A stretch of 64,000 bases of DNA. It comes from Chitinophagales bacterium. Lineage in GTDB: Bacteria > Bacteroidota > Bacteroidia > Chitinophagales > JADIYW01. The position numbers and the translations under genes were made by a program. The notes under the pieces were generated by a model. It saw only the letters and a program-made list of their open reading frames with translations. It had not been told where the DNA came from and made no database searches. Positions 1-9,069 of the stretch are shown one piece after another (positions within the stretch are counted from its first letter, which is position 1; every line of letters begins with the position of its first letter). The stretch lies in assembly GCA_020636545.1 (NCBI GenBank), contig JACJXS010000008.1:159530-223529 (forward strand), read 5' to 3'.

Positions 1-917
1 GTCAATAAGCCATCAAAAGAATTTAAACCTAAGAAACCATGCACCATAATCAATACTGGCAATTTCTCTTTAGTATTTTCTTTGTAAGGATAAGTTGTAT
101 CTAAACGTATAGTTGTAACGCCATAAGGTGTTTCTCTATAAATCTCGATTTGTGGCCAAGTCAATGCTTTGTCATCAACAAAAACAGTAATTTTTTGTTT
201 ATTAGTATCGATAAATCTAATAAAACTAGGACTTTCATTTGCTTGTCCATCGGTGCTATACAGCCACGCTAATGGTCTTCTTTTATCGGCTTTTGTAGCT
301 AAGAATGCAATGCGTTTTGTTTTTAATAAAAAACTAGGTGTGCACGTTAATTCTTTTTCTTTATCAATTGTAACAATAGTAGTGATTTCGTTGGATTCAA
401 AGGCTTTTGATTTTCGTTCAATGCCTGCAATCCTTCCTTTTGGATTAGAAGTAATCATGGCATAATCTAAACCTTCCTTATTGTTTTCATCTAAGAATTT
501 TTGGACGGTTTGATTAAAATCAAGCATATACTGTTCGATTTCTGCTTCTACAAATCGCTTTCCTAAAACTTGTTCGATTTTTATCAATCCTAATTTTAGT
601 AAAGTTTTAATGAACGAACGAGCATCCATTGTATCTAGCTCTACTGATTCTTGACTTTTAAGCGGAGAATTTACAAATGTGAAGTACAAATTGTGTGGAT
701 GGATAATTTTATCAAAATGCTTTACAACATATTTATAAGCACCAGATGGCGATTTTCCATGCGACATTCCAATAAGAAATTTTTCTCCTTTTTTTAATGA
801 ACGGTTTGCATATTCTATAAAATCTTTGGCTACTGATTCATTAAATTCTTCTTTTGATTTAAAATATTTTGTTTCTGGAGCTTGATATTTTAATTCCGAG
901 ACTTCTTCTTTCGACAT
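1..917 (-). CDS. Partial CDS (N-terminal ~305 aa; gene continues past the window start): 6-phosphogluconolactonase/glucosamine-6-P isomerase-like domain followed by the start of an alpha/beta-hydrolase domain
   Basis: Manual reverse-complement translation from ATG at 915-917: MSKEEVSELKYQAPETKYF..FLIGMSHGKSPSGAYKYV.. The frame stays open to position 3 and ends ..LPVLIMVHGFLGLNSFDGLL. It is absent from the ORF track because there is no stop inside the window. Confidence 0.55.
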   Translation of the reverse strand, partial: MSKEEVSELKYQAPETKYFKSKEEFNESVAKDFIEYANRSLKKGEKFLIGMSHGKSPSGAYKYVVKHFDKIIHPHNLYFTFVNSPLKSQESVELDTMDARSFIKTLLKLGLIKIEQVLGKRFVEAEIEQYMLDFNQTVQKFLDENNKEGLDYAMITSNPKGRIAGIERKSKAFESNEITTIVTIDKEKELTCTPSFLLKTKRIAFLATKADKRRPLAWLYSTDGQANESPSFIRFIDTNKQKITVFVDDKALTWPQIEIYRETPYGVTTIRLDTTYPYKENTKEKLPVLIMVHGFLGLNSFDGLL

Positions 918-1029
918 TGCTTATATCTATTTTAAAATAAAGCAAACAATTTATAAATATTAAATGGAATTTTAATTTAATTGAATATTAAGTTATTGGA
1001 AAACATACTAAATATTTATCTAAAATCAA

Positions 1030-1989
1030 TTATTTCGCAGCTGCTCGTTGTAGCCTATCATTAATTGCTAATCCCAAACCTGTTTCAGGCAAGTAATCTG
1101 TAACAATTATATCAATAGCACTATTGTCTAAAATCCGCATTGTGCCAAAAAGATTTTGTGCGGCTTCATAAGTATCTCCAACTAAAGATAAGTTATATTC
1201 AACTATATTTTGCTGTTTAAAATTGGCGTTTTTGCCGAAACTAATTATTCCTACTTTTTTATCACGAAATTGATATATCAATTCTTGGATATCTCCAATA
1301 TAAAATGGCTTTTTTGGTGCATAATGACTTTTGATTTGTCCAGGTGATTTTGGATTTGAGGATTGATTGATATTAATTTGTACTTTTCCTACAACAGATT
1401 CAATAGCATTCAAAGAAAGTCCGCCTAATCGATATAAAATTATTTCATCATTTTCGACTCCAATAATGGTTGATTCTATCCCGATAGAACAATCTCCGCC
1501 ATCAAGTATATAAGGAATTTGTTTGCCTAATTGTTGATTGACGTGAGCGGTACTTGTTGGGCTGATATATCCAAAAGGATTGGCACTAGGTGCCGCCAAT
1601 GGAAAATCTAAAGAGGATAATAACGCTAATGTAAGTGGATGTTTTGGAATTCTAATGGCAACTTGGTCTAAGCCAGAAGTTACTAAGTCAGGGATAATTG
1701 ATTTTTTTGGCAATAATAAGGTCAATGGACCAGGCATATATAAATCTGCCAAAGGTTTTAATGTATGAGGGAATGATAAGGTATATTTTTCAATTTCATT
1801 AATGGAGGCTATATGCACAATTAAAGGGTCAAACGATGGACGTTTTTTAATGTCAAAGATTTGTAAAACGGCGGTTTCATTTAAAGCATTTGCAGCTAAG
1901 CCATAAACAGTTTCTGTAGGAATGGAAACGACACTTCCTTTCTTAAGCCAGTCTGCAGCTTTCTCAATATTTGAACCAATTTTAGCCAA
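1030..1989 (-). CDS. L-threonylcarbamoyladenylate synthase (YrdC/Sua5 family, long form with Sua5 C-terminal domain)
   Basis: 319 aa; N-terminal ..SIPTETVYGLAANA.. YrdC-type motif; length fits YrdC plus Sua5 domains. Confidence 0.85.
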   Translation of the reverse strand: MAKIGSNIEKAADWLKKGSVVSIPTETVYGLAANALNETAVLQIFDIKKRPSFDPLIVHIASINEIEKYTLSFPHTLKPLADLYMPGPLTLLLPKKSIIPDLVTSGLDQVAIRIPKHPLTLALLSSLDFPLAAPSANPFGYISPTSTAHVNQQLGKQIPYILDGGDCSIGIESTIIGVENDEIILYRLGGLSLNAIESVVGKVQININQSSNPKSPGQIKSHYAPKKPFYIGDIQELIYQFRDKKVGIISFGKNANFKQQNIVEYNLSLVGDTYEAAQNLFGTMRILDNSAIDIIVTDYLPETGLGLAINDRLQRAAAK

Positions 1990-1994
1990 TTTTT

Positions 1995-2936
1995 TTATTT
2001 AAGGATAATTTTTTTTGCTATTACATTAAATTCATTACTAATGTCCGATAATTGTATTAAATACATTCCTTTTGAAAGTGTTCTTAAATCAAATTGTTTT
2101 ATAAGTGTTACTCCAGAGCTTGATACTTTAGTTTCGTAAATAACTAAGCCTGATGTATTCAATATTTTAATATCAAAAGATGCTATGGATTTTGTAGCTA
2201 TAGTTATCGTAAATAAGCCATCACTTGGGTTTGGTGAAATTCCAAAAGTATGAAAATCTAAAATAGGTTTTTCGATATCTACTTTTTTATTTTCTGATTG
2301 CTCTGCTTCGGTTAAGGTTTTAATATAAACAATATCATCTGTGTTTATTTTTCTTTTCTCTTGGCTTTCCTTAATTCTTTTAATTGTAAATAGTTTATCT
2401 TCCAAATCCAAATAACATTGTGGTATTTCATCGTCTTTATAATTTTTTTGAATATACCAAGTATCTAATAAACAATCATTTCCCTTTTTATTAATGGAGA
2501 TTGGGTTATTTGTTTCATCAAAAACAACAACGGTATTATCATCATCAAAAACCCAATGTTGATTTTTGTCAATTATTTGTTTATGAACATTATATGTTTT
2601 CGTATTTTTTTTATATCCTAAAATGATATCCATTTTGTTTAAGCTACTATTTCTATAATATTGTAAATGAATTTTATCACCCCATTTCTTTTTATTTAAT
2701 AAGCTGACTAAGTCTGATTTATTCGTAACTGAGTCATTATCAAGTTGAGCGATAATATCATTTTCTTTTAGCCCACTATTTTTAGCTGCTCCATCATCTA
2801 AAATATTGAGAACAACAGCACCTTTAATTCCAGAGTGGTCATAATCTTTAACCAAAACACCTAAATAGCCTTGTGCAAACGATTTTGATAAAATAATCAT
2901 CAACAAAAAACCTAAAATTATTTTAATTACTTTCAT
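1995..2936 (-). CDS. Secreted PDZ-domain protein with C-terminal T9SS (Por) sorting domain
   Basis: Start moved to MKVIKIILGFLLMIILSKSFAQ (signal peptide). PDZ-like GAVVLNILDDGAAKNSGLKENDII. C-terminal ISPNPSDGLFTITI..GMYLIQL typical of a T9SS CTD. Confidence 0.6.
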   Translation of the reverse strand: MKVIKIILGFLLMIILSKSFAQGYLGVLVKDYDHSGIKGAVVLNILDDGAAKNSGLKENDIIAQLDNDSVTNKSDLVSLLNKKKWGDKIHLQYYRNSSLNKMDIILGYKKNTKTYNVHKQIIDKNQHWVFDDDNTVVVFDETNNPISINKKGNDCLLDTWYIQKNYKDDEIPQCYLDLEDKLFTIKRIKESQEKRKINTDDIVYIKTLTEAEQSENKKVDIEKPILDFHTFGISPNPSDGLFTITIATKSIASFDIKILNTSGLVIYETKVSSSGVTLIKQFDLRTLSKGMYLIQLSDISNEFNVIAKKIILK

Positions 2937-3038
2937 ATCAATATAAAAAAATGTTAAATACAAAATTATTAAAAAATATATGCTTTTACAAATTAAAAAT
3001 GGTCCGTATTTTGCATACAAATTAAAAAAACGAGATAG

Positions 3039-3641
3039 ATGAAGTATTTTATATTTAGTATATTAGTGATGAGTATATTAGGCAACGTACAAGCTCAGAA
3101 CGAATGGGCTTTAGAAAGAGATAAAAACGGAATAAAAGTTTGGACAAGGAAGAGGTCAAATTCTAGCTTAAAAGAGTATAAAGGTATAACCATTATCAAT
3201 GCAACGGTTGATGAATTGGTGGAAATTTTTAAGAATACAAAATTGCATGATCAATTTTTGTATAAAGCACAACCGGGAAGTGTTAAAGTAGTAAAAAAAA
3301 ATAGCGATGATGATTTTTATACTTATATGATTGTGAATGCCCCAATTGTGAAAGATAGAGATGTTGTAACTCATTATAAGCTAACTAAAGATTCAAAAAC
3401 TGGGATTGCGACTTTTGAATTAGAAGCAGCTCCCAATCTTGTGCCTATTAATAGTGATTATGTAAGAGTACCAGAGATGAAAGGCTATTGGAAGTTTATT
3501 CCTAAAGGTAATTCAACTGAAGTAATACATCAAGCTTATAGTTTGACTGGTGGGAATATTCCTTCAGGATTAGCCAATTCTGCAGCAGTAGATACGCCCT
3601 TTTCGATGTTGTCTAAATTGAAAAACTTAGCGGAGAAATAA
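3039..3641 (+). CDS. START/SRPBCC-type lipid-binding domain protein with signal peptide
   Basis: 200 aa; signal peptide MKYFIFSILVMSILGNVQAQ; W..E.DKNGIKVW..K motif pattern of bacterial START domains. Confidence 0.55.
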   Translation: MKYFIFSILVMSILGNVQAQNEWALERDKNGIKVWTRKRSNSSLKEYKGITIINATVDELVEIFKNTKLHDQFLYKAQPGSVKVVKKNSDDDFYTYMIVNAPIVKDRDVVTHYKLTKDSKTGIATFELEAAPNLVPINSDYVRVPEMKGYWKFIPKGNSTEVIHQAYSLTGGNIPSGLANSAAVDTPFSMLSKLKNLAEK

Positions 3642-3645
3642 ATAA

Positions 3646-3676
3646 AAATGAGAGCTCTAAGGCTCTCATTTTTTAT
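3646..3676. terminator. Bidirectional rho-independent terminator between convergent genes
   Basis: 10-bp stem AAATGAGAGC/GCTCTCATTT, 6-nt loop, A-run upstream and T-run downstream. Confidence 0.7.
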
Positions 3677-3692
3677 AAATAATTTGTAAATC

Positions 3693-4889
3693 TTACGATA
3701 GTTTTTCTAATGCATTTTTTACTCTAGTAAATGCTTCTTTTAAGTTTTCCTCAGAAGCAGCATAAGAAAAACGAATACATTCAGGTGCTCCAAAGCCACT
3801 TCCTGAAACTGCGGCTACATGACCTACGTTTAGTAAATATAAACATAAATCATCGGCATCTTTCAATACTTCGCCTTCAAAAGTTTTTCCGAAATAGGCA
3901 CTTACATCAGGGAAAACATAAAATGCTCCTGTTGGAATATTACATTTTATATTTGGAATTGTGTTTAATATACTCAACACTAAATCTCTTCTTTTCTTAA
4001 AAGCTTCACGCATTGCATAAGTTGGTTCTTGGTCGCCCAAAAGTGCTTCAATTGTACCTCTTTGAGCAATAGAATTTGTACCTGAAGTAATTTGACCTTG
4101 TAATTTATCGCAAGCTTTTGCAATGTATGCAGGAGCAGCAATATAACCGATTCTTGCACCTGTCATAGCATAACCTTTTGCTTGTCCATTTACAAGGATT
4201 ACTCTATCTTTAATACTTGGAAATTCTGCAATTGAAACGTGTTTGCCTACATAATTGATATGTTCATAAATTTCATCAGAAACAATATAAACTTGAGGAT
4301 GTCTTTCTAATACTTTCACAAAACTTTCAATTTCTTCTCTAGTATAAACAGAGCCTGTAGGATTGCTTGGCGATGAATACACTAAAAATTTAGTTTTAGG
4401 TGTAATTGCATTTTCTAATTGTTCAGCGGTAATTTTAAATTCTGCATCAACATTAGTAGAAATATAAATAGGAGTAGCATTACACATTTTTACTTGTTCA
4501 GGATAAGAAACCCAAAATGGTGCTGGAATAATAACTTCATCACCTTCATTTAAAAAAGCAACAAAAACATTAGCTAATGATTGTTTCGCACCTGTTGATA
4601 CAACGATATTTTCTGGTTTATAGTCTAAGTTATTATCTCTCTTTAATTTATCGCAAATTGCTTGTTTTAAATCTGCATAACCAGAAATTGGAGAATATGA
4701 ATCGTACTTGCCACTATCAATAGCAGTTTTCATGGCTTCTTTTATATGTTTTGGTGTCTGAAAATCTGGTTCTCCAAGAGAAAGAGAAATTACGTGAACA
4801 CCTTTTGCAGCTAATTCTCTACTTAATTGTGCCATTTTGATAGTTGCCGATTCCGACATTCTATTTAAAGTATCTGAAGTTTGTAACAT
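3693..4889 (-). CDS. Class I PLP-dependent aminotransferase (aspartate aminotransferase-like)
   Basis: 398 aa; ..SPSNPTGSVY.. and ..AKGYAMTGARIGY.. (PLP-lysine region) motifs. Confidence 0.85.
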   Translation of the reverse strand: MLQTSDTLNRMSESATIKMAQLSRELAAKGVHVISLSLGEPDFQTPKHIKEAMKTAIDSGKYDSYSPISGYADLKQAICDKLKRDNNLDYKPENIVVSTGAKQSLANVFVAFLNEGDEVIIPAPFWVSYPEQVKMCNATPIYISTNVDAEFKITAEQLENAITPKTKFLVYSSPSNPTGSVYTREEIESFVKVLERHPQVYIVSDEIYEHINYVGKHVSIAEFPSIKDRVILVNGQAKGYAMTGARIGYIAAPAYIAKACDKLQGQITSGTNSIAQRGTIEALLGDQEPTYAMREAFKKRRDLVLSILNTIPNIKCNIPTGAFYVFPDVSAYFGKTFEGEVLKDADDLCLYLLNVGHVAAVSGSGFGAPECIRFSYAASEENLKEAFTRVKNALEKLS

Positions 4890-4990
4890 AAGAACTAATT
4901 TTAAACAAAAATAATTATTATGCTTTTTCTATACTAAGGTTAAATATTATCATAAAATGAAATACTAAGTTGGATTAGATGCATTTTTTT

Positions 4991-4998
4991 TAACTTTG
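4991..4998 (+). promoter_or_regulatory. Candidate Bacteroidetes sigma-A -7 box (TAACTTTG) upstream of 5021 ORF
   Basis: Exact match to TAnnTTTG, 22 nt before the GTG start. Confidence 0.4.
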
Positions 4999-5020
4999 AT
5001 CTGAAAAATGCATAGAAATA

Positions 5021-5719
5021 GTGGGATTAATCCAAAATATAAGACATAAAATAGTTGATTTTATTGTAAAGAAAGCAATTGAGAATAGAACTATAGATAT
5101 TCTTGAAGTTCGAACAAAAGCAATTAATTTAACTTATGTTGATTTGGAAACAGATATAAAAATAAGCAATTCGTTTTTTTTGCCTATAAAAGTTTTAGAA
5201 ATTAAGACGGATATTATTAATACAGCAGAACTCAAAATTGGTGCTTTGCATTATGATAAAGTACAGAAAATAAAAGGGCATCAGTCGGCTATTTTTACAA
5301 CACATACTCAGATTAGTAATATTACAGCTCTTTTTAATTTAATTTCTAAATTATTGACCTTGTCAATTAAAATGAGAAGTGTAGGTATTGCAAAAATTAA
5401 AGTTTTTTGGTTTGTAGTAGATATTCCTGTCGATGATGTTTTTGAAATTAAATCGCATCAATTGAGAATTATTGGAGAATTAACAGCAGAAGAAAAAGCG
5501 GCGAGAGAAGAACAAAAAAAAGTAAAGAAAGATGCTTATGAACAGAAAATAACGGAACGCAAACAAAAGCGTCTAGAAATTAAAGAACAAAAAAAGCAGA
5601 AGTCTGAAGATATGAAAGATGCTGAGAATACTATGGATATCACCATCAATGAAGATGCCTTGAAATCAATGGAAAAGGAATTAGATGATGAGCTGAATCG
5701 TCAAGAAAATAAAGAATAG
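5021..5719 (+). CDS. Hypothetical protein with Lys/Glu-rich C-terminal tail
   Basis: 232-aa ORF with GTG start and no internal Met until residue ~117; the C-terminal ~80 aa is a charged coiled-coil-like tail. Confidence 0.4.
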   Translation: MGLIQNIRHKIVDFIVKKAIENRTIDILEVRTKAINLTYVDLETDIKISNSFFLPIKVLEIKTDIINTAELKIGALHYDKVQKIKGHQSAIFTTHTQISNITALFNLISKLLTLSIKMRSVGIAKIKVFWFVVDIPVDDVFEIKSHQLRIIGELTAEEKAAREEQKKVKKDAYEQKITERKQKRLEIKEQKKQKSEDMKDAENTMDITINEDALKSMEKELDDELNRQENKE

Positions 5720-5870
5720 ACGCTTAATATTTCCAAATTAAATTACCATCACTTTTATCAAAAGCGTAAGCATTTTTGGAATGATAAATCAAAATGTCAT
5801 TGCCTGAAATAGTTGTTTGAGTTGTTCGTTTTGAATGCCATCAATTTTTCTACGCCAAGTTTTGTTGTTT

Positions 5871-6881
5871 TTATATTATAATAAATAACTTCATTTTTGG
5901 CTCATTTACACAAACAAATTCAGTTTCGTTGCTGTATAAAATTTCAGAATTGCTAAAATCTACATCTTTTAAATTAGGCTCAATAGCAACTATGGCATAA
6001 TTTTTTTTCATCCAATCAGCACCTTCCAAAATTGTTTGGATATCAGAGCTTGATAATTCCATCGTATATTGTTGTACTTTTTTAGTAATGGCAAATAATT
6101 TTCCATTTGAAATGATGTATTTCTTCTCAAACTTCCAATTGTCGCCAGTTTGTTCCATTTTTCTCAATTGAGTTAATTCTATGTTCGAGACAAAAAGTTG
6201 TGTTTTAGGAAAGTAATAGAATGTTGCACCATCTAAATTTTGAAATATAATGGCTTGCATCGCTTTGGAATATTCTATTTTCTGTATGCCATTTTTTAGT
6301 TCTTTATATTTAGCAATAAAGGCATTGTTTTTAGCAACAATTTCTTTTGAAGCAATGTTAATTTCAATAATTTTATTTTGATTTATGATAGCAAATAAAC
6401 TTTTTTCAAGTGGTACAGTAACTAAATCATAAGGATTGTCTTCTTTTACTTGAATTACATCTAAAGCAATTTCATCGTCAATTTTTTTATTATCGGCATC
6501 AATGATTTGAAGTGAAATTGTAATTAAATCAGAATTTGCATCAATTCTACTTTTCCAAATTTTATTATTATGGATAAATTCAATTTTTTCAGTAATAATT
6601 TTTCGCTTAGAGGATTCGTTTTTTTGAGAAGTTTGAGTTTGTTGTTGCATTAATTCTTCCATAGCCTTTTGCTCATCAAACTTTGGGATAGTGTATTGAA
6701 TAATAGCAATCAATCCAACAATAAAGAGAATACCAATTAAAATAATTTTGGGTGAGTTTTTTTGTACAAGATGTACATTAAATTTATGATTACAATTTAA
6801 ACAAACCCTTACTTCACCAAACTCAGTTTTTATTTGATTAGAACCACAATTTGGACATTTTATTTCTTGTTCTTCTACCAA
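5871..6881 (-). CDS. Membrane-anchored protein with N-terminal zinc-ribbon (CPNCG..CLNCNH)
   Basis: 336 aa; two CxxC pairs, then a TM helix (IILIGILFIVGLIAIIQY); 7-nt overlap with the upstream M13 peptidase gene. Confidence 0.5.
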   Translation of the reverse strand: MVEEQEIKCPNCGSNQIKTEFGEVRVCLNCNHKFNVHLVQKNSPKIILIGILFIVGLIAIIQYTIPKFDEQKAMEELMQQQTQTSQKNESSKRKIITEKIEFIHNNKIWKSRIDANSDLITISLQIIDADNKKIDDEIALDVIQVKEDNPYDLVTVPLEKSLFAIINQNKIIEINIASKEIVAKNNAFIAKYKELKNGIQKIEYSKAMQAIIFQNLDGATFYYFPKTQLFVSNIELTQLRKMEQTGDNWKFEKKYIISNGKLFAITKKVQQYTMELSSSDIQTILEGADWMKKNYAIVAIEPNLKDVDFSNSEILYSNETEFVCVNEPKMKLFIII

Positions 6882-8902
6882 ATTCTTACACGTTTATCCG
6901 GTGCGACATACATTTTACTATCTGGTTTGATATTAAAAGCATCATAAAATTCTGGTGTATGAGAAAAGGGAATATTTACACGATGGAAATATAAAGCATG
7001 AACATCTGTCAAAACTCTATTCGCAATTTCTTCATTACGCATGTGCATTCTCCAGCCTAAAGCATAACCTAAAAAGAATCTTTGTAATGGTGTATAACCA
7101 TCTATTAACTGATTTTCTTTATACTGTTTTGTTTGCTTAAAAGCGTCTAAAGCAATTGCAATGCCACCTAAATCCGCAATATTTTCTCCTAATGTAGCAG
7201 AACCATTTACTTTTAAACTGTCTAAAACTTTCAGATTATCAAAAACATTGACATAAGCTTTTGTTTTTTCTTCAAACATTTTGTCGTCTGTTGCTGTCCA
7301 CCATTTATTTAAGTTGCCTTTATTGTCAAATTCTTTACCTTCATCATCAAAGCCGTGTGTGATTTCGTGTCCAATTGTAGATGCACCTGCATAACCATAA
7401 ACTAAAGCATCATCTAGTTGATAATCCTTATATCCAGGAACAGTAAAAATTGCGGCTGGCAAAACTATCTCATTATTACTTGGATTGTAGTAGGCATTAT
7501 AAGTTTGTGGTGTCATTTCCCAAATACTTTTATCAACTGGTTTGCCTAATTTATTTATTGCATCATCTAACCAAAACTTAGAAATATTTTTTTGATTTTG
7601 CACCAAGCTGTTTTTTGAAATTTCTAATTTTGAAAAATCTTTCCATTTATCTGGATAGCCAACTTTGTAAGTAATACTGTGTAGTTTTTCTATCGCTTTT
7701 TGTTTCGTGCTATCGCTCATCCAACTCAATAGTTTGATTCTTTTTTCGTAAGCTGTCATCACATTTTTTACAATATCAATGTATCTTTTCTTTGCAGTTT
7801 CTGAGAAATTTTCTTTAACATATAATTTACCAAGTTCCTCACCCATAGCATCTTCTTCCCAAATCAAAGCACGTTTCCATCGTGGTAATTGCTCTTTTTT
7901 TCCTTTTATTAATTTAGAATAAAAATTAAAATCAACCTCATCAATTGCTTTATTCAAATATGGAGCATAGTTTGCAATTAAATGATATTGCATATAATTC
8001 TTTAATGTTTTCAAATTTTGTTCTTGTAGTAAATTATTTAAAGCAACAAAAAACTCAGGCTGTCCTACAATTACACTCTCTATATTTTGGATATTTAATT
8101 CTTTGAAATAAAGATTCCAATCAAAATTTGGAGTTAGTTTTTGTAAATCTCGTATTGACTTTTTGTTATAATTGGCGTAAGCATCTCTTAAATCTTCCAA
8201 TTTTCTTGAGCTTTTTGCCATTTTTTCCTCTAATTTAAAAATAGCATCTGCTGAAAAATTAAATTCAGTTGTTTTATCTGTGGAGAACGTAAATATGTTT
8301 TTGATAAAATTATTTTGATATTCTTTTCGGATTTCTGAAGTTCTTTGGTCAGTATTGAAATAATAATCCCGATTAGGCAAGCCTAAGCCACCTTGATACA
8401 AATAAATAATATTTTTATCGCTGTTCATCAAGTCTTGATAGATACCAAAATCAAAGAATAAAGGAACCCCAATGGTATTAAAATAAGCTACAGCTTCTGT
8501 TAAATCTTTTAAATTTGAGATTTTATTAATTCTATCGAGTTCAGGTTGTAAATCTTTTAAGCCATTTTTTTCAATTGTATTGGTATCCATAGCAGACGTA
8601 TAGAAATCGCCTATTTTTTGTTCAGTAGTATTGTTTGCTCTTTTCTGAGCATTTTCATTTGTTTTTTTGAGTTGTTCCCAAATTTGCTCTTGTACTAAAT
8701 TTCCAATTCCCCAATTAGAATAAGCATCAGGAATTGGATGTTCTTTTATCCATTTTCCATTGGCAAACATAAAAAAGTCATCATCTGCTGCAATGGTGGT
8801 ATCAATTGCTTCTACTAAAGGATCGGTTTTTATTTTCTGATTATTGGTACAAGAAACTAAACCTACTGAAATAGTAAATAGAATTAGGAACGTTTTTTTC
8901 AT
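6875..8902 (-). CDS. M13 family zinc metallopeptidase (PepO/neprilysin-like) lipoprotein
   Basis: 675 aa; HEITHGFDD (HExxH) and ENIADLGG motifs; lipobox ..GLVSC. Confidence 0.88.
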   Translation of the reverse strand: MKKTFLILFTISVGLVSCTNNQKIKTDPLVEAIDTTIAADDDFFMFANGKWIKEHPIPDAYSNWGIGNLVQEQIWEQLKKTNENAQKRANNTTEQKIGDFYTSAMDTNTIEKNGLKDLQPELDRINKISNLKDLTEAVAYFNTIGVPLFFDFGIYQDLMNSDKNIIYLYQGGLGLPNRDYYFNTDQRTSEIRKEYQNNFIKNIFTFSTDKTTEFNFSADAIFKLEEKMAKSSRKLEDLRDAYANYNKKSIRDLQKLTPNFDWNLYFKELNIQNIESVIVGQPEFFVALNNLLQEQNLKTLKNYMQYHLIANYAPYLNKAIDEVDFNFYSKLIKGKKEQLPRWKRALIWEEDAMGEELGKLYVKENFSETAKKRYIDIVKNVMTAYEKRIKLLSWMSDSTKQKAIEKLHSITYKVGYPDKWKDFSKLEISKNSLVQNQKNISKFWLDDAINKLGKPVDKSIWEMTPQTYNAYYNPSNNEIVLPAAIFTVPGYKDYQLDDALVYGYAGASTIGHEITHGFDDEGKEFDNKGNLNKWWTATDDKMFEEKTKAYVNVFDNLKVLDSLKVNGSATLGENIADLGGIAIALDAFKQTKQYKENQLIDGYTPLQRFFLGYALGWRMHMRNEEIANRVLTDVHALYFHRVNIPFSHTPEFYDAFNIKPDSKMYVAPDKRVRIW

Positions 8903-9069
8903 ATCTATTTGTTTGTATTAAAGATAATAGAATAAACAGAAATATAGAAATTTGATTTTCAGTAGCATTTTATTTTTAACATTTATTAGTTTTATTATTT
9001 ATTAATAATATCAAATTGCTTTATTAAGTGAAATAAATTTTGGAAATTGCGTATTGTTTTAAACTAAAA

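Noticed and set aside
169-465. 98-aa plus-strand ORF in the track
   Set aside because: It lies antisense inside the open minus-strand frame that starts at 917. The sequence is hydrophobic nonsense typical of an AT-rich shadow ORF.
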